From positions 96,001 through 160,000 of the forward strand of contig JAVRCV020000008.1 in assembly GCA_034530615.2 (NCBI GenBank): a stretch of 64,000 nucleotides of DNA, given 5' to 3'. The DNA comes from Aulosira sp. ZfuVER01. GTDB taxonomy: Bacteria; Cyanobacteriota; Cyanobacteriia; Cyanobacteriales; Nostocaceae. A program made the translations under genes and the position numbers. Shown here piece after piece: positions 1 to 10,630 of the stretch. Below the pieces are notes generated by a model that saw only the letters and a program-made list of their open reading frames with translations, made no database searches and was not told the DNA's origin. Positions within the stretch are counted from its first letter, which is position 1; each line of letters opens with the position of its first letter.

Positions 1-729
1 AACCCTCTAGCTATTGGGGCAATTGGCAGTGTAGTAGTTATCTTAGCAGGTGTCGGTTCTTGGGCGTTGGTGAGTTCTCTTCGCAGTCAATCGAATACAT
101 CACAAGAAAAACCAGGGCAAACTTTCCCTTCACCAGTGATTTCTGGTGGTACTACATTAACACCCACACCTACACCTACACCTACCAACACTGCACCTGT
201 TGTGTTGAGTAAACGCCTCAATTTGGGAGCATCCAATACAGCTACTGTAGAAAGTACTCTAAAAGAAAATCAAGTAGTTCAGTACACTTTGTTTGGCCAA
301 AAAGGGCAAAAGTTAACTACAGTTCTTCAGCAAGGAACTGGCATTGTACTGACAATTTTAGATCCTCAGAAACAACCAATTGATAATTTAGCTAGCCAAG
401 TTCAATCCTATGAAGGCAGATTACCTGTAACTGGTAGATATACTATTCAATTAAATCTAGACCCAGGAATTGCCGAGAGTGATTACAGCCTCAATGTTGC
501 ATTAGAAAAAATAATTAAGGCGACACCTACACCAACTCTTACACCAAGTCCTACGCTAACCACAACACCAACCCCAACACCAGATATTACAAAAACACTT
601 ACGCCAACTCCAACACCAACTCTTATACTCAGCCCAACACCAAGTCCTACACTCAGCCCAACACCAACCCCTACTTCTATTGAACAACCAAATAACTTTC
701 CCGATCCTGTTTCTACCCCAGGAAATTAA
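1..729 (+). CDS. C-terminal part of a membrane protein (TM helix, Pro/Thr-rich linkers, PPC-like beta domain), probably a cyanobacterial Ser/Thr kinase; truncated by window start
   Basis: Frame is open from base 1 ([24 protein letters not shown] = TM helix); PT repeats flank a domain ending [13 protein letters not shown]. Kinase domain itself not visible. Confidence 0.6.
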   Translation, partial: NPLAIGAIGSVVVILAGVGSWALVSSLRSQSNTSQEKPGQTFPSPVISGGTTLTPTPTPTPTNTAPVVLSKRLNLGASNTATVESTLKENQVVQYTLFGQKGQKLTTVLQQGTGIVLTILDPQKQPIDNLASQVQSYEGRLPVTGRYTIQLNLDPGIAESDYSLNVALEKIIKATPTPTLTPSPTLTTTPTPTPDITKTLTPTPTPTLILSPTPSPTLSPTPTPTSIEQPNNFPDPVSTPGN

Positions 730-893
730 AAACGAATTAAACTCTGACCATACACAAAGACCTAATACTCCTACTATTAATGATGGAGCGATCGCTCACA
801 TCAAAAATTGGTAAGCTTGGTGAAAAACGACATGATACGAGATATCACTACATACCGAAATAAGTAAAGGTTGTAATTAATGGTGGTGTATCC

Positions 894-2054
894 ATGTTTA
901 ATCAGGATTTTTCAGAATTTATTCAAAGTAACTTCTTTCAAGCTCATAAATACTGGTATTGTTGCTGCACAATAGCCTGCCTAAATTCAAATCAAGTGGT
1001 GATTTCTATGCGAGGGTATTTGATGTATGAGTCACCCGATGATAAGGATGTACCTTTGTGCTGTGAAGGAAGTTTAGAAAGTTATCGCAGCGACTATAGG
1101 CTAAATTTTCGTGCCTCAATCGAGCAATATACGGGTTTATATTCATTAGTTCAATTTCCTTATCAACTCTTTTTTCGTATTGAACGACAAGGAGAAAAAC
1201 AATTAATTGCTACTTTTAATTGGAATAATTATCTTGGTGAGGAAAGCACTAATATCCAATTAGTTGGATATCAATCTGGTGTATTGTCTGGATTTGGGAA
1301 GTTGCAAGCTCTTGATACCGATGAATCCAAATGTGAGATGATGTATCTTATCAGTATAGACAAGCCGCAAGCTCTGAGTCGAGATATATGGCAACAACAA
1401 AAGCATCCAAAATTTGGTAAAACTAATCCTGAAAAAATGGATTTGGAGTTTTGGAAATATATGGTCAAAACACGAGATTCTGCTTATTCAGCTACCAAAA
1501 GATTTAGCAATATAGATAATTTCTCTGATTCACCTGTCTGGTGTTTTCACAGATTTGGTGTATCTCGAACAGAATTATTAGACGATAGAGTAATTTGTAT
1601 AGGTGGAGAACATGAAGATTATTACGATCCAGATTTTTATATTTACAATGATGTAATTGTTATATATCCAGATGGGGAAATTACCATTTACGCCTATCCT
1701 AGAGAAATTTTTCCTCCTACCGATTTTCACTCAGCAACTTTAATAGATAAGTTTCATGGTGAGATTTATATCATAGGATGCTTGGGTTATTTACAAGATA
1801 GAAAACCTGGAGAAACTCCTGTTTATTTACTGAATTGCGAAACTTTTGTTATTGAAGAGGTGGAGACAACAGGAGAAAAACCTGGTTGGATTTATGAGCA
1901 TAAAGCAGACTTTTTAGAAAGTGAAAATTGTATCAAAATTGAAGAAGGTAAAATTTTTGAATTAGAAGGAGATGAACAAGTTTATCGAGATAACACGGAA
2001 GTATACTATCTAAATCTGTCAAATTACCAATGGTATCGTAGTGCTATAAGATAG
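894..2054 (+). CDS. Hypothetical protein with C-terminal Kelch-like beta-propeller repeats
   Basis: RFGVSRTELLDDRVICIGGEHED, DFHSATLIDK...IYIIGCLG and GWIYEHKA resemble Kelch repeats; start codon uncertain. Confidence 0.55.
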   Translation: MFNQDFSEFIQSNFFQAHKYWYCCCTIACLNSNQVVISMRGYLMYESPDDKDVPLCCEGSLESYRSDYRLNFRASIEQYTGLYSLVQFPYQLFFRIERQGEKQLIATFNWNNYLGEESTNIQLVGYQSGVLSGFGKLQALDTDESKCEMMYLISIDKPQALSRDIWQQQKHPKFGKTNPEKMDLEFWKYMVKTRDSAYSATKRFSNIDNFSDSPVWCFHRFGVSRTELLDDRVICIGGEHEDYYDPDFYIYNDVIVIYPDGEITIYAYPREIFPPTDFHSATLIDKFHGEIYIIGCLGYLQDRKPGETPVYLLNCETFVIEEVETTGEKPGWIYEHKADFLESENCIKIEEGKIFELEGDEQVYRDNTEVYYLNLSNYQWYRSAIR

Positions 2055-2189
2055 AGAGCGAAAAATTTCGGGGGAGATGAGGGACAGAACGCGGTAAAAT
2101 GAACGAAATAAGCTAATTGTCAAGAAACATAGTTATAAGTATTATTAGGAATTAGTACATAAGTTGATAATTGACTCTGCTAAAACAAA

Positions 2190-2888
2190 TTGTTGAACAC
2201 ACTACTAATTACAGGCACTGATACAGAGGCTGGCAAGACTGTTTTGACAACAGCATTAGCAGCTTATTGGCAAAAATATTTTCCTGGGCGCAACTGGGGA
2301 ATTATGAAACCGATTCAATCAGGAGAGGGCGATCGCGAGTGGTATCAAAAGCTATTTTCGCTACAACAAACGGCTGAAGAAATTACACCCTTGTATTTTC
2401 AAGCACCGCTAGCACCTCCCATCGCCGCCGCTAAGGAAAACCGCCAAGTCGATTTAGCTGTAGTTTGGCAAGCTTTATCTAAGTTGCGATCGCGTCACGA
2501 TTTTCTTTTAGTAGAATCTTTGGGGGGCTTAGGTTCACCCATTACTGAAGAATTGACGGTAGCCGACTTAGCAGGAGAATGGCATTTACCAACAATTTTA
2601 GTCGTGCCAGTGAGATTAGGAGCGATCGCTCAAGCAGTGGCTAATGTTGCATTAGCTAGACAAGCGCTGGTACATCTTAAAGGGATTGTTCTCAACTGCG
2701 TACAACCTCGTTCCGATGCAGAAATAGCCGACTTAACGCCACCAGAGTTGATTCAATCGCTAACCAATATCCCTGTTTTAGGCTGCTTACCTCATCTCGA
2801 TAACCTCACTGATTTAGATAAACTAGCCCAAGTCGCGTCAGATTTAGATTTAGGAATAATTCCAGAAATCTCATGTATTAAATTTTGA
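2190..2888 (+). CDS. bioD: Dethiobiotin synthase
   Basis: [12 protein letters not shown]-loop, [17 protein letters not shown]. Confidence 0.95.
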   Translation: MLNTLLITGTDTEAGKTVLTTALAAYWQKYFPGRNWGIMKPIQSGEGDREWYQKLFSLQQTAEEITPLYFQAPLAPPIAAAKENRQVDLAVVWQALSKLRSRHDFLLVESLGGLGSPITEELTVADLAGEWHLPTILVVPVRLGAIAQAVANVALARQALVHLKGIVLNCVQPRSDAEIADLTPPELIQSLTNIPVLGCLPHLDNLTDLDKLAQVASDLDLGIIPEISCIKF

Positions 2889-2994
2889 ATTTTGAATTCC
2901 CTGTAGGGTTGACTCTGCTTGCAGGAAGTGTGGCAGAATGTCACACTGAGAAAATAACCTAAGTTAGCTGTGTTTACCTAGGCTTTTCTTCACA

Positions 2995-4212
2995 ATGGTT
3001 TCCACCTTCCCAAATCCTGCTTCTGTTGACTTATCTCACGTCCGCCTCTCGATCCGTTCGTTACAAGCGCAACTGGTAGAATGGCGGCGACGGCTACATC
3101 AAAAACCAGAGTTGGGTTTTAAAGAAAAACTCACAGCCGAGTTTATTTCACAGAAGTTACAAGAATGGGGAATTGAGCATCAAACTGGTATTGCTCAAAC
3201 AGGAATTGTTGCCGTCATCAAAGGTAACAAACTCAGTACTGGTAAGGTTTTGGCAATTCGGGCAGATATGGATGCTTTGCCAATTCAAGAACTTAACCAA
3301 GTGCCTTATTGCTCCCAGCATGACGGAGTAATGCACGCTTGTGGACATGATGGACATATAGCGATCGCACTAGGTACAGCTTACTATTTGCAACAGCATC
3401 GTGAAGATTTTGGTGGCACTGTCAAAATTATCTTCCAGCCAGCAGAAGAAGGGCCGGGAGGTGCAAAACCAATGATTGAGGTTGGGGTACTAAAAAACCC
3501 TGATGTCGATGCCATTATCGGTTTACATCTGTGGAACAATTTACCCTTGGGGACAGTGGGTGTCCGGGCTGGGGCGTTGATGGCAGCTGTAGAATTATTC
3601 AACTGCACAATTTTGGGTAAAGGTGGACACGGTGCAATACCCCATCAAACTGTAGATTCGATTGTAGTTGCAGCCCAGATTGTCAACGCCTTACAAACCA
3701 TTGTGGCGCGCAACGTCAATCCGATTGATTCAGCAGTAGTGACTGTAGGTGCGCTGCACGCTGGCACAGCACACAATGTGATTGCTGATACAGCAAATAT
3801 GAAAGGAACAGTTCGGTATTTTAACCCAGCTTTTGCAGGCTTTTTTAAACAGCGTATCGAGCAGATAGTTGCTGGAGTGTGCCAAAGTCATGGTGCAAGT
3901 TATGACTTGGAATATGTCTCGCTTTATCCCCCAGTAATTAATGATGCAGGTATAGCAGAATTAGTGCGATCGATCGCAGTGGAAGTGGTAGAAACTCCCG
4001 TAGGTATAGTGCCAGAATGCCAAACGATGGGCGGTGAAGATATGTCCTTCTTCTTGCAAGAGGTTCCTGGGTGCTATTTCTTTCTCGGTTCTGCCAACCC
4101 TACAAAAGACTTAGCTTATCCTCATCATCATCCCAGGTTTGATTTTGACGAAACCGCTTTGCCAATGGGTGTGGAAATATTTGTCAGGTGTGTGGAGAAG
4201 TTTTTGAATTAA
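2995..4212 (+). CDS. M20D family amidohydrolase (N-acyl-L-amino acid amidohydrolase)
   Basis: RADMDALP, MHACGHDGH, FQPAEEG, GGEDMSF, HHHPRFDFDE. Confidence 0.93.
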   Translation: MVSTFPNPASVDLSHVRLSIRSLQAQLVEWRRRLHQKPELGFKEKLTAEFISQKLQEWGIEHQTGIAQTGIVAVIKGNKLSTGKVLAIRADMDALPIQELNQVPYCSQHDGVMHACGHDGHIAIALGTAYYLQQHREDFGGTVKIIFQPAEEGPGGAKPMIEVGVLKNPDVDAIIGLHLWNNLPLGTVGVRAGALMAAVELFNCTILGKGGHGAIPHQTVDSIVVAAQIVNALQTIVARNVNPIDSAVVTVGALHAGTAHNVIADTANMKGTVRYFNPAFAGFFKQRIEQIVAGVCQSHGASYDLEYVSLYPPVINDAGIAELVRSIAVEVVETPVGIVPECQTMGGEDMSFFLQEVPGCYFFLGSANPTKDLAYPHHHPRFDFDETALPMGVEIFVRCVEKFLN

Positions 4213-4274
4213 TGGAATAAGGGATTCTCTGAAATGTGAATCTCAACCTAGCGCGCTAGGAAAAATTACTGCCC

Positions 4275-4307
4275 AGATCCCGGACTTCTTAAAGAAGTCC
4301 GGGATCT
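4275..4307. repeat. Dispersed palindromic hairpin (AGATCCCGGACTTCT-taa-AGAAGTCCGGGATCT), copy 1; may also act as terminator
   Basis: 15-bp perfect stem; related copies at 47853-47884 and 50331-50363. Confidence 0.8.
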
Positions 4308-4627
4308 AAAATTATGTTTGCCCATCATTTCAGTCCTCTGTATTTTCCCTGAATTTTTTCCAAATTAAACCTGGCTCCTGAAGTAACAAGAGTCATAATT
4401 TGTTAGTCGGTAGTAGCGGCTAGCATCAGTATTTATAGTTTTCATAAATACTCTAAATTGAGCAAAAATCTTGGGAATATTAAGTTAATCAGAGGTTGGT
4501 AGAATTCCGAGTAAATTACTGAAGGCTGGCACTAGGGGAAGTAATCCCCAACTCAACAGATTTCTTGCCGTTAAAAATGCACCTTACTTTTTTTAGGTGT
4601 GAGTTAGACAGTGAACCGAGAAAAATT

Positions 4628-7600
4628 ATGATTACGCTTTTAGAATACAAAGTGACAGAAACAGTTTATGAGGATTCGAGAACCGTTATTTACCGGGCAA
4701 TAAGAGGAAAAGATAAAAAATCAGTTATTCTCAAAACGCTGCGTGCTGACTGTCCCACGTTAGAAGAAATCAGCCAACTTCGGCATGAATACGATATTTC
4801 AAAAAAACTAAAAATAGCCGGAATCGTTCAACCTTACAGAATAGAGAACTATCGCAACAGTCTAGTTATCGTCTTAGAAGATTTTAGCGGTCAATCTATC
4901 AAGCAATTTATTGATAACAATCATATTGATATTGTTGATTTTCTCAAAATCGCCATTCATCTAGCAAAGACTCTATTTTCTCTGCACGAAAATCAGATTA
5001 TCCATAAAGACATTAAAAGCCAAAATATCATTATCAATCCAGAAACCTTGGAAGTCAAAATTACTGACTTCAGCATTGCTTCGCGCTTATCAAAAGAAAA
5101 TTCTAACTTCAGCAATCCTAAATTTATCCAAGGAACGCTTGCTTATATGTCCCCAGAACAAACTGGGCGGATGAATCGTTCCATTGACTATCGTACTGAC
5201 TTCTACTCTTTGGGTGTCACTTTTTATGAAATCCTCACCGGGAAGTTACCTTTTCCCACAAATGACCCACTAGAGTTAGTTCATTGTCATATTGCCAAAC
5301 AACCTTTATCGCCTAGCGAACTCAAGCCAGAAATTCCTGTAACTATTTCTAATATTATCCTGAAGTTATTAGCAAAGACGGCAGAAGATAGATATCAAAG
5401 CGCTCTTGGTCTACAAGCTGATTTAGAAAATTGTCTCGTACAACTGGAAGTTACAGGCAAGATAGAAAACTTTATTTTGGGTGAAAAAGACCATTCCGGT
5501 CAACTACAAATACCGCAAAAACTTTACGGTCGTGAAGCCGAAGTCACAACGCTAATCAAGGCTTTTACTCGCGTTGCAAATGTTGCAGAAAACCCAGCAA
5601 ATTCTGGCGCAACAGAAATGATGTTAGTAGCAGGTTATTCAGGAATTGGTAAGTCAGCTTTAGTGAATGAAGTCCACAAACCAATTGTGAAAGCAAGGGG
5701 ATATTTCATTGCTGGGAAGTTCGATCAGTTTAAACGAAATATTCCCTATAGTTCTGTTGTCAATGCCTTTCAAGATTTAATTCGCCAACTGCTCACAGAA
5801 AGTCAAGAAAATATAACTATTTGGAAACAAAAACTATTAGAGGCTTTGGGTGCTAATGCTCAAGCAATTGTAGAAGTTATCCCTGAAGTTGAACTAATTA
5901 TCGGTCAACAACCAGACATTCCGCAATTAGGGCCAGCCGAATCTCAAAACCGCTTCAATCGCCTATTTCAAAAGTTTATTCAAGTCTTCGCTCAAGGTGA
6001 ACATCCGCTAGTTCTGTTTTTAGATGACTTACAGTGGTCAGATTCAGCGTCTTTAAAATTAATCCAGCTGATGATGACAGATCCAGATAGCAAACATTTG
6101 TTGCTGATTGGAGCTTATCGAGATAACGAAGTCAGCGCTACCCATCCTTTAATGTTGACCTTGGAGGAAATTCAAAAAACTGGTGCAACAGTCAATGCGA
6201 TCGCTCTCCAAGCTTTAGCAGTTGACCACGTCTGTCAAATAGTAGCCGATACCCTCAAAGAAAGCGAAAAATCCCAACCTCTTGCCGAATTACTGTTCAA
6301 TAAAACTCAAGGAAATCCCTTCTTCCTAACTCAGTTACTCCAAACTCTCCACCAAGAAAAGCTATTAACTTTTGACTTTAAATCTGATACTTGGCAGTGG
6401 GACATTGCGAAAATTCAAAGCATTGGCATTACTGATTATAATGTTGTCGAACTCGTTGCCAGAAATATTCAAAAACTGCCGCCCGCAACCCAGGAAGTTC
6501 TCAAATTAGCCGCTTGTATTGGCAACTCTTTTAATTTAGACGTTCTCGCAATTGTCCGCGAGAAATCTCAGTCAACAACAGCTACAGAACTTTGGAGCGC
6601 GCTGCAATCAGGTTTAATTTTACCCCTCAGCAATGCTTATAAAATTCCTTTAGCTACTGATGATGAATTACAAATCATTGATGGGTTGGAACAGCTAAAT
6701 ACAAGCTGTGAAGCACTAATCATTTCCTATAAATTTTTACACGACCGAGTGCAGCAAGCGGCTTATTCTCTGATTCCTGAGGAGCAGAAACAAGAAACTC
6801 ACCTGAAAGTTGGTCAACTGCTACTAAAAAATACCTCTCCTGAAAAAATTGAAGAAAATATCTTCGATATAGTTAACCAACTTAATATTGGGGTAGAACT
6901 GATTAGCGAACGCACACAAAAAGACGATCTAGCTCGCCTTAATTTAATTGCAGGACGCAAAGCCAAAGCCGCAACAGCTTACGAACCAGCAGTGAGATAT
7001 TTAACGGTGGGATTAGGACTGCTAGCGCCTGATAGTTGGCAAACTCACTACGACCTGACGCTCAATCTCTACGTAGAAACAGCAGAAGCAGAGTACTTAA
7101 ACACAAACTTTCAGCAGTCAGCCGCCTTAACTGAAGTTGTGTTGCAACACGCTACTACCTTACTTGACAAAGTAAAGGTATACGAAATTCAAATCCAGTA
7201 TTATTTTGCTCAAAGCCAAATGGGCGCTGCGCTAGAAACTGGTCTTTCTGTATTAGAAATGCTAGGAGTTTCCTTAGAATCTGACTCTAATAATGTGCAT
7301 TGGGTAGTTGAAATTCCGGGAATTGAGGATTTAAACAACCTTCCGATAATGAGCGATCCTCACAAACTAGCAATTTTGCGACTGCTGATCAATGTTTCGG
7401 CCAGTTCTACTTTTGCTAAACCTGAAATTTTGCCACTTATTATATTGACTCAGATTAATTTCTGTCTTGAACATGGTTATTCTGGGCTAGCAGCTTTTGC
7501 TTATGTTTTGTATGGAATGCTTTTGTGTACGGTAAAAGGAGACACGGAAACCGGATATCTTTCAGGTAAATTAGCATTAAAGCTGTTAGATAAATTTAAT

Positions 7601-10156
7601 GCCAAAGAACTCAAAAGCAAGGTATATAACCTCTTCAATTTATTTATCCGGCCTTGGAAAGAGCATATTAAAACAACTCTCAAACCATTTATTGAAGGAG
7701 CGCATAGCGGACTAGAAACAGGCGATATCGAGTTTTCTAGCTATTGTACAATTAACTACTGCTCTAATTTATTCTTCGCAGGAGAGCAACTAGGAAAGGT
7801 GCAGCAGCAGCAAAAACAATACTTCGAGCTACTGCTAACACTGAAGCAAGAATATTCAATCAACTGCGTGAGAATCTGGCGACAACTTACTTTAAATTTG
7901 TTAGGAAAAGCCGATAATAAATATCAACTAATTGGTGAAAGTTTTGATGAATCTCAAAGCTTACCTGATTTCTTAGCAGCAAACAATCCAATTTTGCTGT
8001 TTCTTACATACAATGCCAAAGTCACTTTACTGTATCTATTTAAAGACTATGCCCAAGCAGTTACCAATGCGAAATTAGCCGCAGACTACATTACGCCTGT
8101 TATGGGGTGGGTGATATATGTTGGTAACTATAACTTCTTCTATTCCTTGGCGCTTCTCGGTTTGTATTCTCAAGCGAAAACTAGCGAACAACAACAGTAT
8201 CTAGCTCTGGTTGAAGAACATCAGCAAAAAATGCAGCAATTAGCCGATCGCGCTCCTTGCAACTTCCAGCATAAGTACGAACTGGTAGAGGCAGAAAAAG
8301 CCCGAGTCTTGGGACAAATTTTGGCCGCAATGGAGCTTTACGACAAGGCGATCGCTAATGCCAAAGAGCAAGGATTCATTCAAGATGAAGCCTTAGCCAA
8401 CGAACTAGCAGCAGAGTTTTACTTTTCGCTGGGACGAGAGAAAGTAGCTCAAACTTATTTAATAGAGGCTTACTACACCTATATTCGCTGGGGAGCGACA
8501 GCAAAAGTTAAAGATTTAGAATTAAGCTATCCAGTAATTTTCTCCCAAATTCATAAACGAGAAACTGTAGATAGGGAATTAACTCAGACGACAACCTCGA
8601 CTAGTGGGATTGCATCCAGTATCTTGGATTTCACCACCTTTATTAAAGCATCGCAAGCTTTAACGGGTGAAATTGTTCTGAGTCGTTTGCTAGAAAAGTT
8701 GCTAAAAATTGTCATGGAAAATGCAGGCGCTCAAACGAGTTACTTGCTTTTAGAAAAAGCAGGACAGTTATTAATTGAGGCTAAGGGTTCGGTTGCGCAA
8801 GATGAATTCACTTTATGTTCGTCTATTCCTGTAGAAACTAAAGATGCTTATTTGCCACTTTCTTTAATTAATTATGTGGCGCGAACAAAGGAAAATATTG
8901 TCTTAAATCATGCCGTTAAAGAAGGAAAATTTACCAAAGACCCTTATATTGCTAAAAATAAACCAAAGTCTATTTTGTGCATTCCTCTAATTAATCAATG
9001 TCAATTAATTGGCATTCTTTACTTAGAAAATAATCTCACTACTGATGCCTTTACTTCCCAAAGACTCGAAGTGTTAGGACTGCTTTCTTCTCAAATAGCC
9101 ATCTCTTTAAAAAATGCTTTACTGTATGCCAATCTAGAATCAGCTAACGGTAAACTTAAAGAAGCAAAAGACAGTTTAGAAGATTACAGCAAAAATTTAG
9201 AACACAAAGTTGAGTTAAGAACGCTGGAACTTAAAGATAAAAATCAGCATTTACAACTAGCTTTGCAACAATTGCAGCAAACTCAAACTCAACTGATTCA
9301 AACCGAAAAAATGTCCAGTTTAGGACAACTAGTTGCTGGTGTAGCGCACGAAATTAACAACCCAATTAACTTTATCAATGGCAATCTTGTTCATACAAGT
9401 AGATATCTTCAAGATTTGCTAGAGCTAGTGCAGGACTACGAAGAATATTATCCAAATCCTGTATCGGAAATCATAGATAGACAAGAAGCTATTGATTTAG
9501 AATTCTTGAAAGAAGATCTGCCAAAAACCTTAGAATCAATGAAAATGGGAGCCAATCGCATCCGCGAGATTGTGCTGTCGTTGCGTAACTTTTCTCGCCT
9601 GGATGAAGCGGAAATGAAAGATGTTGATATTCATGAAGGCATTGACAGTACATTACTAATTTTGCAACATCGCTTAAAAGAGAAGGCAGAACGACCAAGA
9701 ATTGAAGTTTATAAAGAGTACATTCAACTTCCAGAGGTGGAGTGTTATCCTGGGCAGCTGAATCAAGTCTTTATCAATATTTTGACAAACGCGATTGATG
9801 CCATCGAACAGCAGTATGCCGATAGTCATGTTCTCTGTTCTTTAGGGGAAAAAAATGGGAAGACTTCTGATGCGATCGCTAATTCGCCAACCATTCATAT
9901 TTGTACAGAACGGCTAGATGTTCACCACGTCGCAATCCGCATCACAGACAATGGCCCTGGAATGACAGAAGAAGTGCGAAAGCGAGTTTTCGATCCTTTC
10001 TTTACAACCAAACCAATTGGTTCTGGTACAGGTTTAGGATTATCGATTTGCTATCAAACTATTGTTGAAAAGCACCGAGGTCAACTGAAATGCAACTCTG
10101 CGCTAGGGAAAGGATCTGAATTTATCATTGAGATTCCTATCCAGCAGCATAAGTAA
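4628..10156 (+). CDS. Trifunctional Ser/Thr kinase - AAA ATPase - GAF - histidine kinase (HstK-like)
   Basis: IIHKDIKSQN, AYMSPEQTGR, GYSGIGKS Walker A, LDDLQW, GAF (KSILCIPL...LYLEN), H-box AHEINNP, G boxes DNGPG/GTGLGLS; ATG 4628 preferred over TTG 4565. Confidence 0.95.
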   Translation: MITLLEYKVTETVYEDSRTVIYRAIRGKDKKSVILKTLRADCPTLEEISQLRHEYDISKKLKIAGIVQPYRIENYRNSLVIVLEDFSGQSIKQFIDNNHIDIVDFLKIAIHLAKTLFSLHENQIIHKDIKSQNIIINPETLEVKITDFSIASRLSKENSNFSNPKFIQGTLAYMSPEQTGRMNRSIDYRTDFYSLGVTFYEILTGKLPFPTNDPLELVHCHIAKQPLSPSELKPEIPVTISNIILKLLAKTAEDRYQSALGLQADLENCLVQLEVTGKIENFILGEKDHSGQLQIPQKLYGREAEVTTLIKAFTRVANVAENPANSGATEMMLVAGYSGIGKSALVNEVHKPIVKARGYFIAGKFDQFKRNIPYSSVVNAFQDLIRQLLTESQENITIWKQKLLEALGANAQAIVEVIPEVELIIGQQPDIPQLGPAESQNRFNRLFQKFIQVFAQGEHPLVLFLDDLQWSDSASLKLIQLMMTDPDSKHLLLIGAYRDNEVSATHPLMLTLEEIQKTGATVNAIALQALAVDHVCQIVADTLKESEKSQPLAELLFNKTQGNPFFLTQLLQTLHQEKLLTFDFKSDTWQWDIAKIQSIGITDYNVVELVARNIQKLPPATQEVLKLAACIGNSFNLDVLAIVREKSQSTTATELWSALQSGLILPLSNAYKIPLATDDELQIIDGLEQLNTSCEALIISYKFLHDRVQQAAYSLIPEEQKQETHLKVGQLLLKNTSPEKIEENIFDIVNQLNIGVELISERTQKDDLARLNLIAGRKAKAATAYEPAVRYLTVGLGLLAPDSWQTHYDLTLNLYVETAEAEYLNTNFQQSAALTEVVLQHATTLLDKVKVYEIQIQYYFAQSQMGAALETGLSVLEMLGVSLESDSNNVHWVVEIPGIEDLNNLPIMSDPHKLAILRLLINVSASSTFAKPEILPLIILTQINFCLEHGYSGLAAFAYVLYGMLLCTVKGDTETGYLSGKLALKLLDKFNAKELKSKVYNLFNLFIRPWKEHIKTTLKPFIEGAHSGLETGDIEFSSYCTINYCSNLFFAGEQLGKVQQQQKQYFELLLTLKQEYSINCVRIWRQLTLNLLGKADNKYQLIGESFDESQSLPDFLAANNPILLFLTYNAKVTLLYLFKDYAQAVTNAKLAADYITPVMGWVIYVGNYNFFYSLALLGLYSQAKTSEQQQYLALVEEHQQKMQQLADRAPCNFQHKYELVEAEKARVLGQILAAMELYDKAIANAKEQGFIQDEALANELAAEFYFSLGREKVAQTYLIEAYYTYIRWGATAKVKDLELSYPVIFSQIHKRETVDRELTQTTTSTSGIASSILDFTTFIKASQALTGEIVLSRLLEKLLKIVMENAGAQTSYLLLEKAGQLLIEAKGSVAQDEFTLCSSIPVETKDAYLPLSLINYVARTKENIVLNHAVKEGKFTKDPYIAKNKPKSILCIPLINQCQLIGILYLENNLTTDAFTSQRLEVLGLLSSQIAISLKNALLYANLESANGKLKEAKDSLEDYSKNLEHKVELRTLELKDKNQHLQLALQQLQQTQTQLIQTEKMSSLGQLVAGVAHEINNPINFINGNLVHTSRYLQDLLELVQDYEEYYPNPVSEIIDRQEAIDLEFLKEDLPKTLESMKMGANRIREIVLSLRNFSRLDEAEMKDVDIHEGIDSTLLILQHRLKEKAERPRIEVYKEYIQLPEVECYPGQLNQVFINILTNAIDAIEQQYADSHVLCSLGEKNGKTSDAIANSPTIHICTERLDVHHVAIRITDNGPGMTEEVRKRVFDPFFTTKPIGSGTGLGLSICYQTIVEKHRGQLKCNSALGKGSEFIIEIPIQQHK

Positions 10157-10234
10157 GTAGCTCAACGTAAATAAATATAATATGTTTTGTCCACAGCGAA
10201 GAACGTAGACACTACCGAAACAAATAACTAAGTT

Positions 10235-10306
10235 GTACAAGTCTACATGTAAACATTAATATATGCTTACATTATTACATGTTATAATGTGATTAAGTTT
10301 ACATGT
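10235..10306 (+). promoter_or_regulatory. Nine tandem degenerate 8-bp units (consensus about TTACATGT) overlapping a TATAAT -10 box; likely RHH operator or parC-like array
   Basis: gtacaagt ctacatgt aaacatta atatatgc ttacatta ttacatgt tataatgt gattaagt ttacatgt; TATAAT at 10283-10288; GGAG RBS before ATG 10325. Confidence 0.6.
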
Positions 10307-10324
10307 AATTATGGAGATGTATAA

Positions 10325-10618
10325 ATGGGCAAGCGTCCCAGCCTTACCTCTGCTTTGCACAAAACAAGCGGCAAGCCTCAATATGAATCACAGCAAGAGC
10401 CAGTATCAGGGCAGATGCGAGTAACTAACGAAGCATCTACAGCATCATCAGTGCCACCAAGCCGCCAGGGGAAAAAGGCGATCGCGGGGCATTTTGACCC
10501 AGCGGTTTCTAAACAGCTAAAACAGATTGCCCTCGATCATGGTACGACTGTACAGGCTTTACTCACTGAAGCCATGAACGACCTCTTTATTAAATACAAA
10601 CGCAACCCGATCGCTTGA
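10325..10618 (+). CDS. Ribbon-helix-helix DNA-binding protein (ParG/antitoxin-like)
   Basis: Low-complexity N-terminus then PPSRQGKKAIAGHFDPAVSKQLKQIALDHGTTVQALLTEAMNDLF (strand-helix-helix). Confidence 0.8.
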   Translation: MGKRPSLTSALHKTSGKPQYESQQEPVSGQMRVTNEASTASSVPPSRQGKKAIAGHFDPAVSKQLKQIALDHGTTVQALLTEAMNDLFIKYKRNPIA

Positions 10619-10630
10619 TTGTTTATAAAA

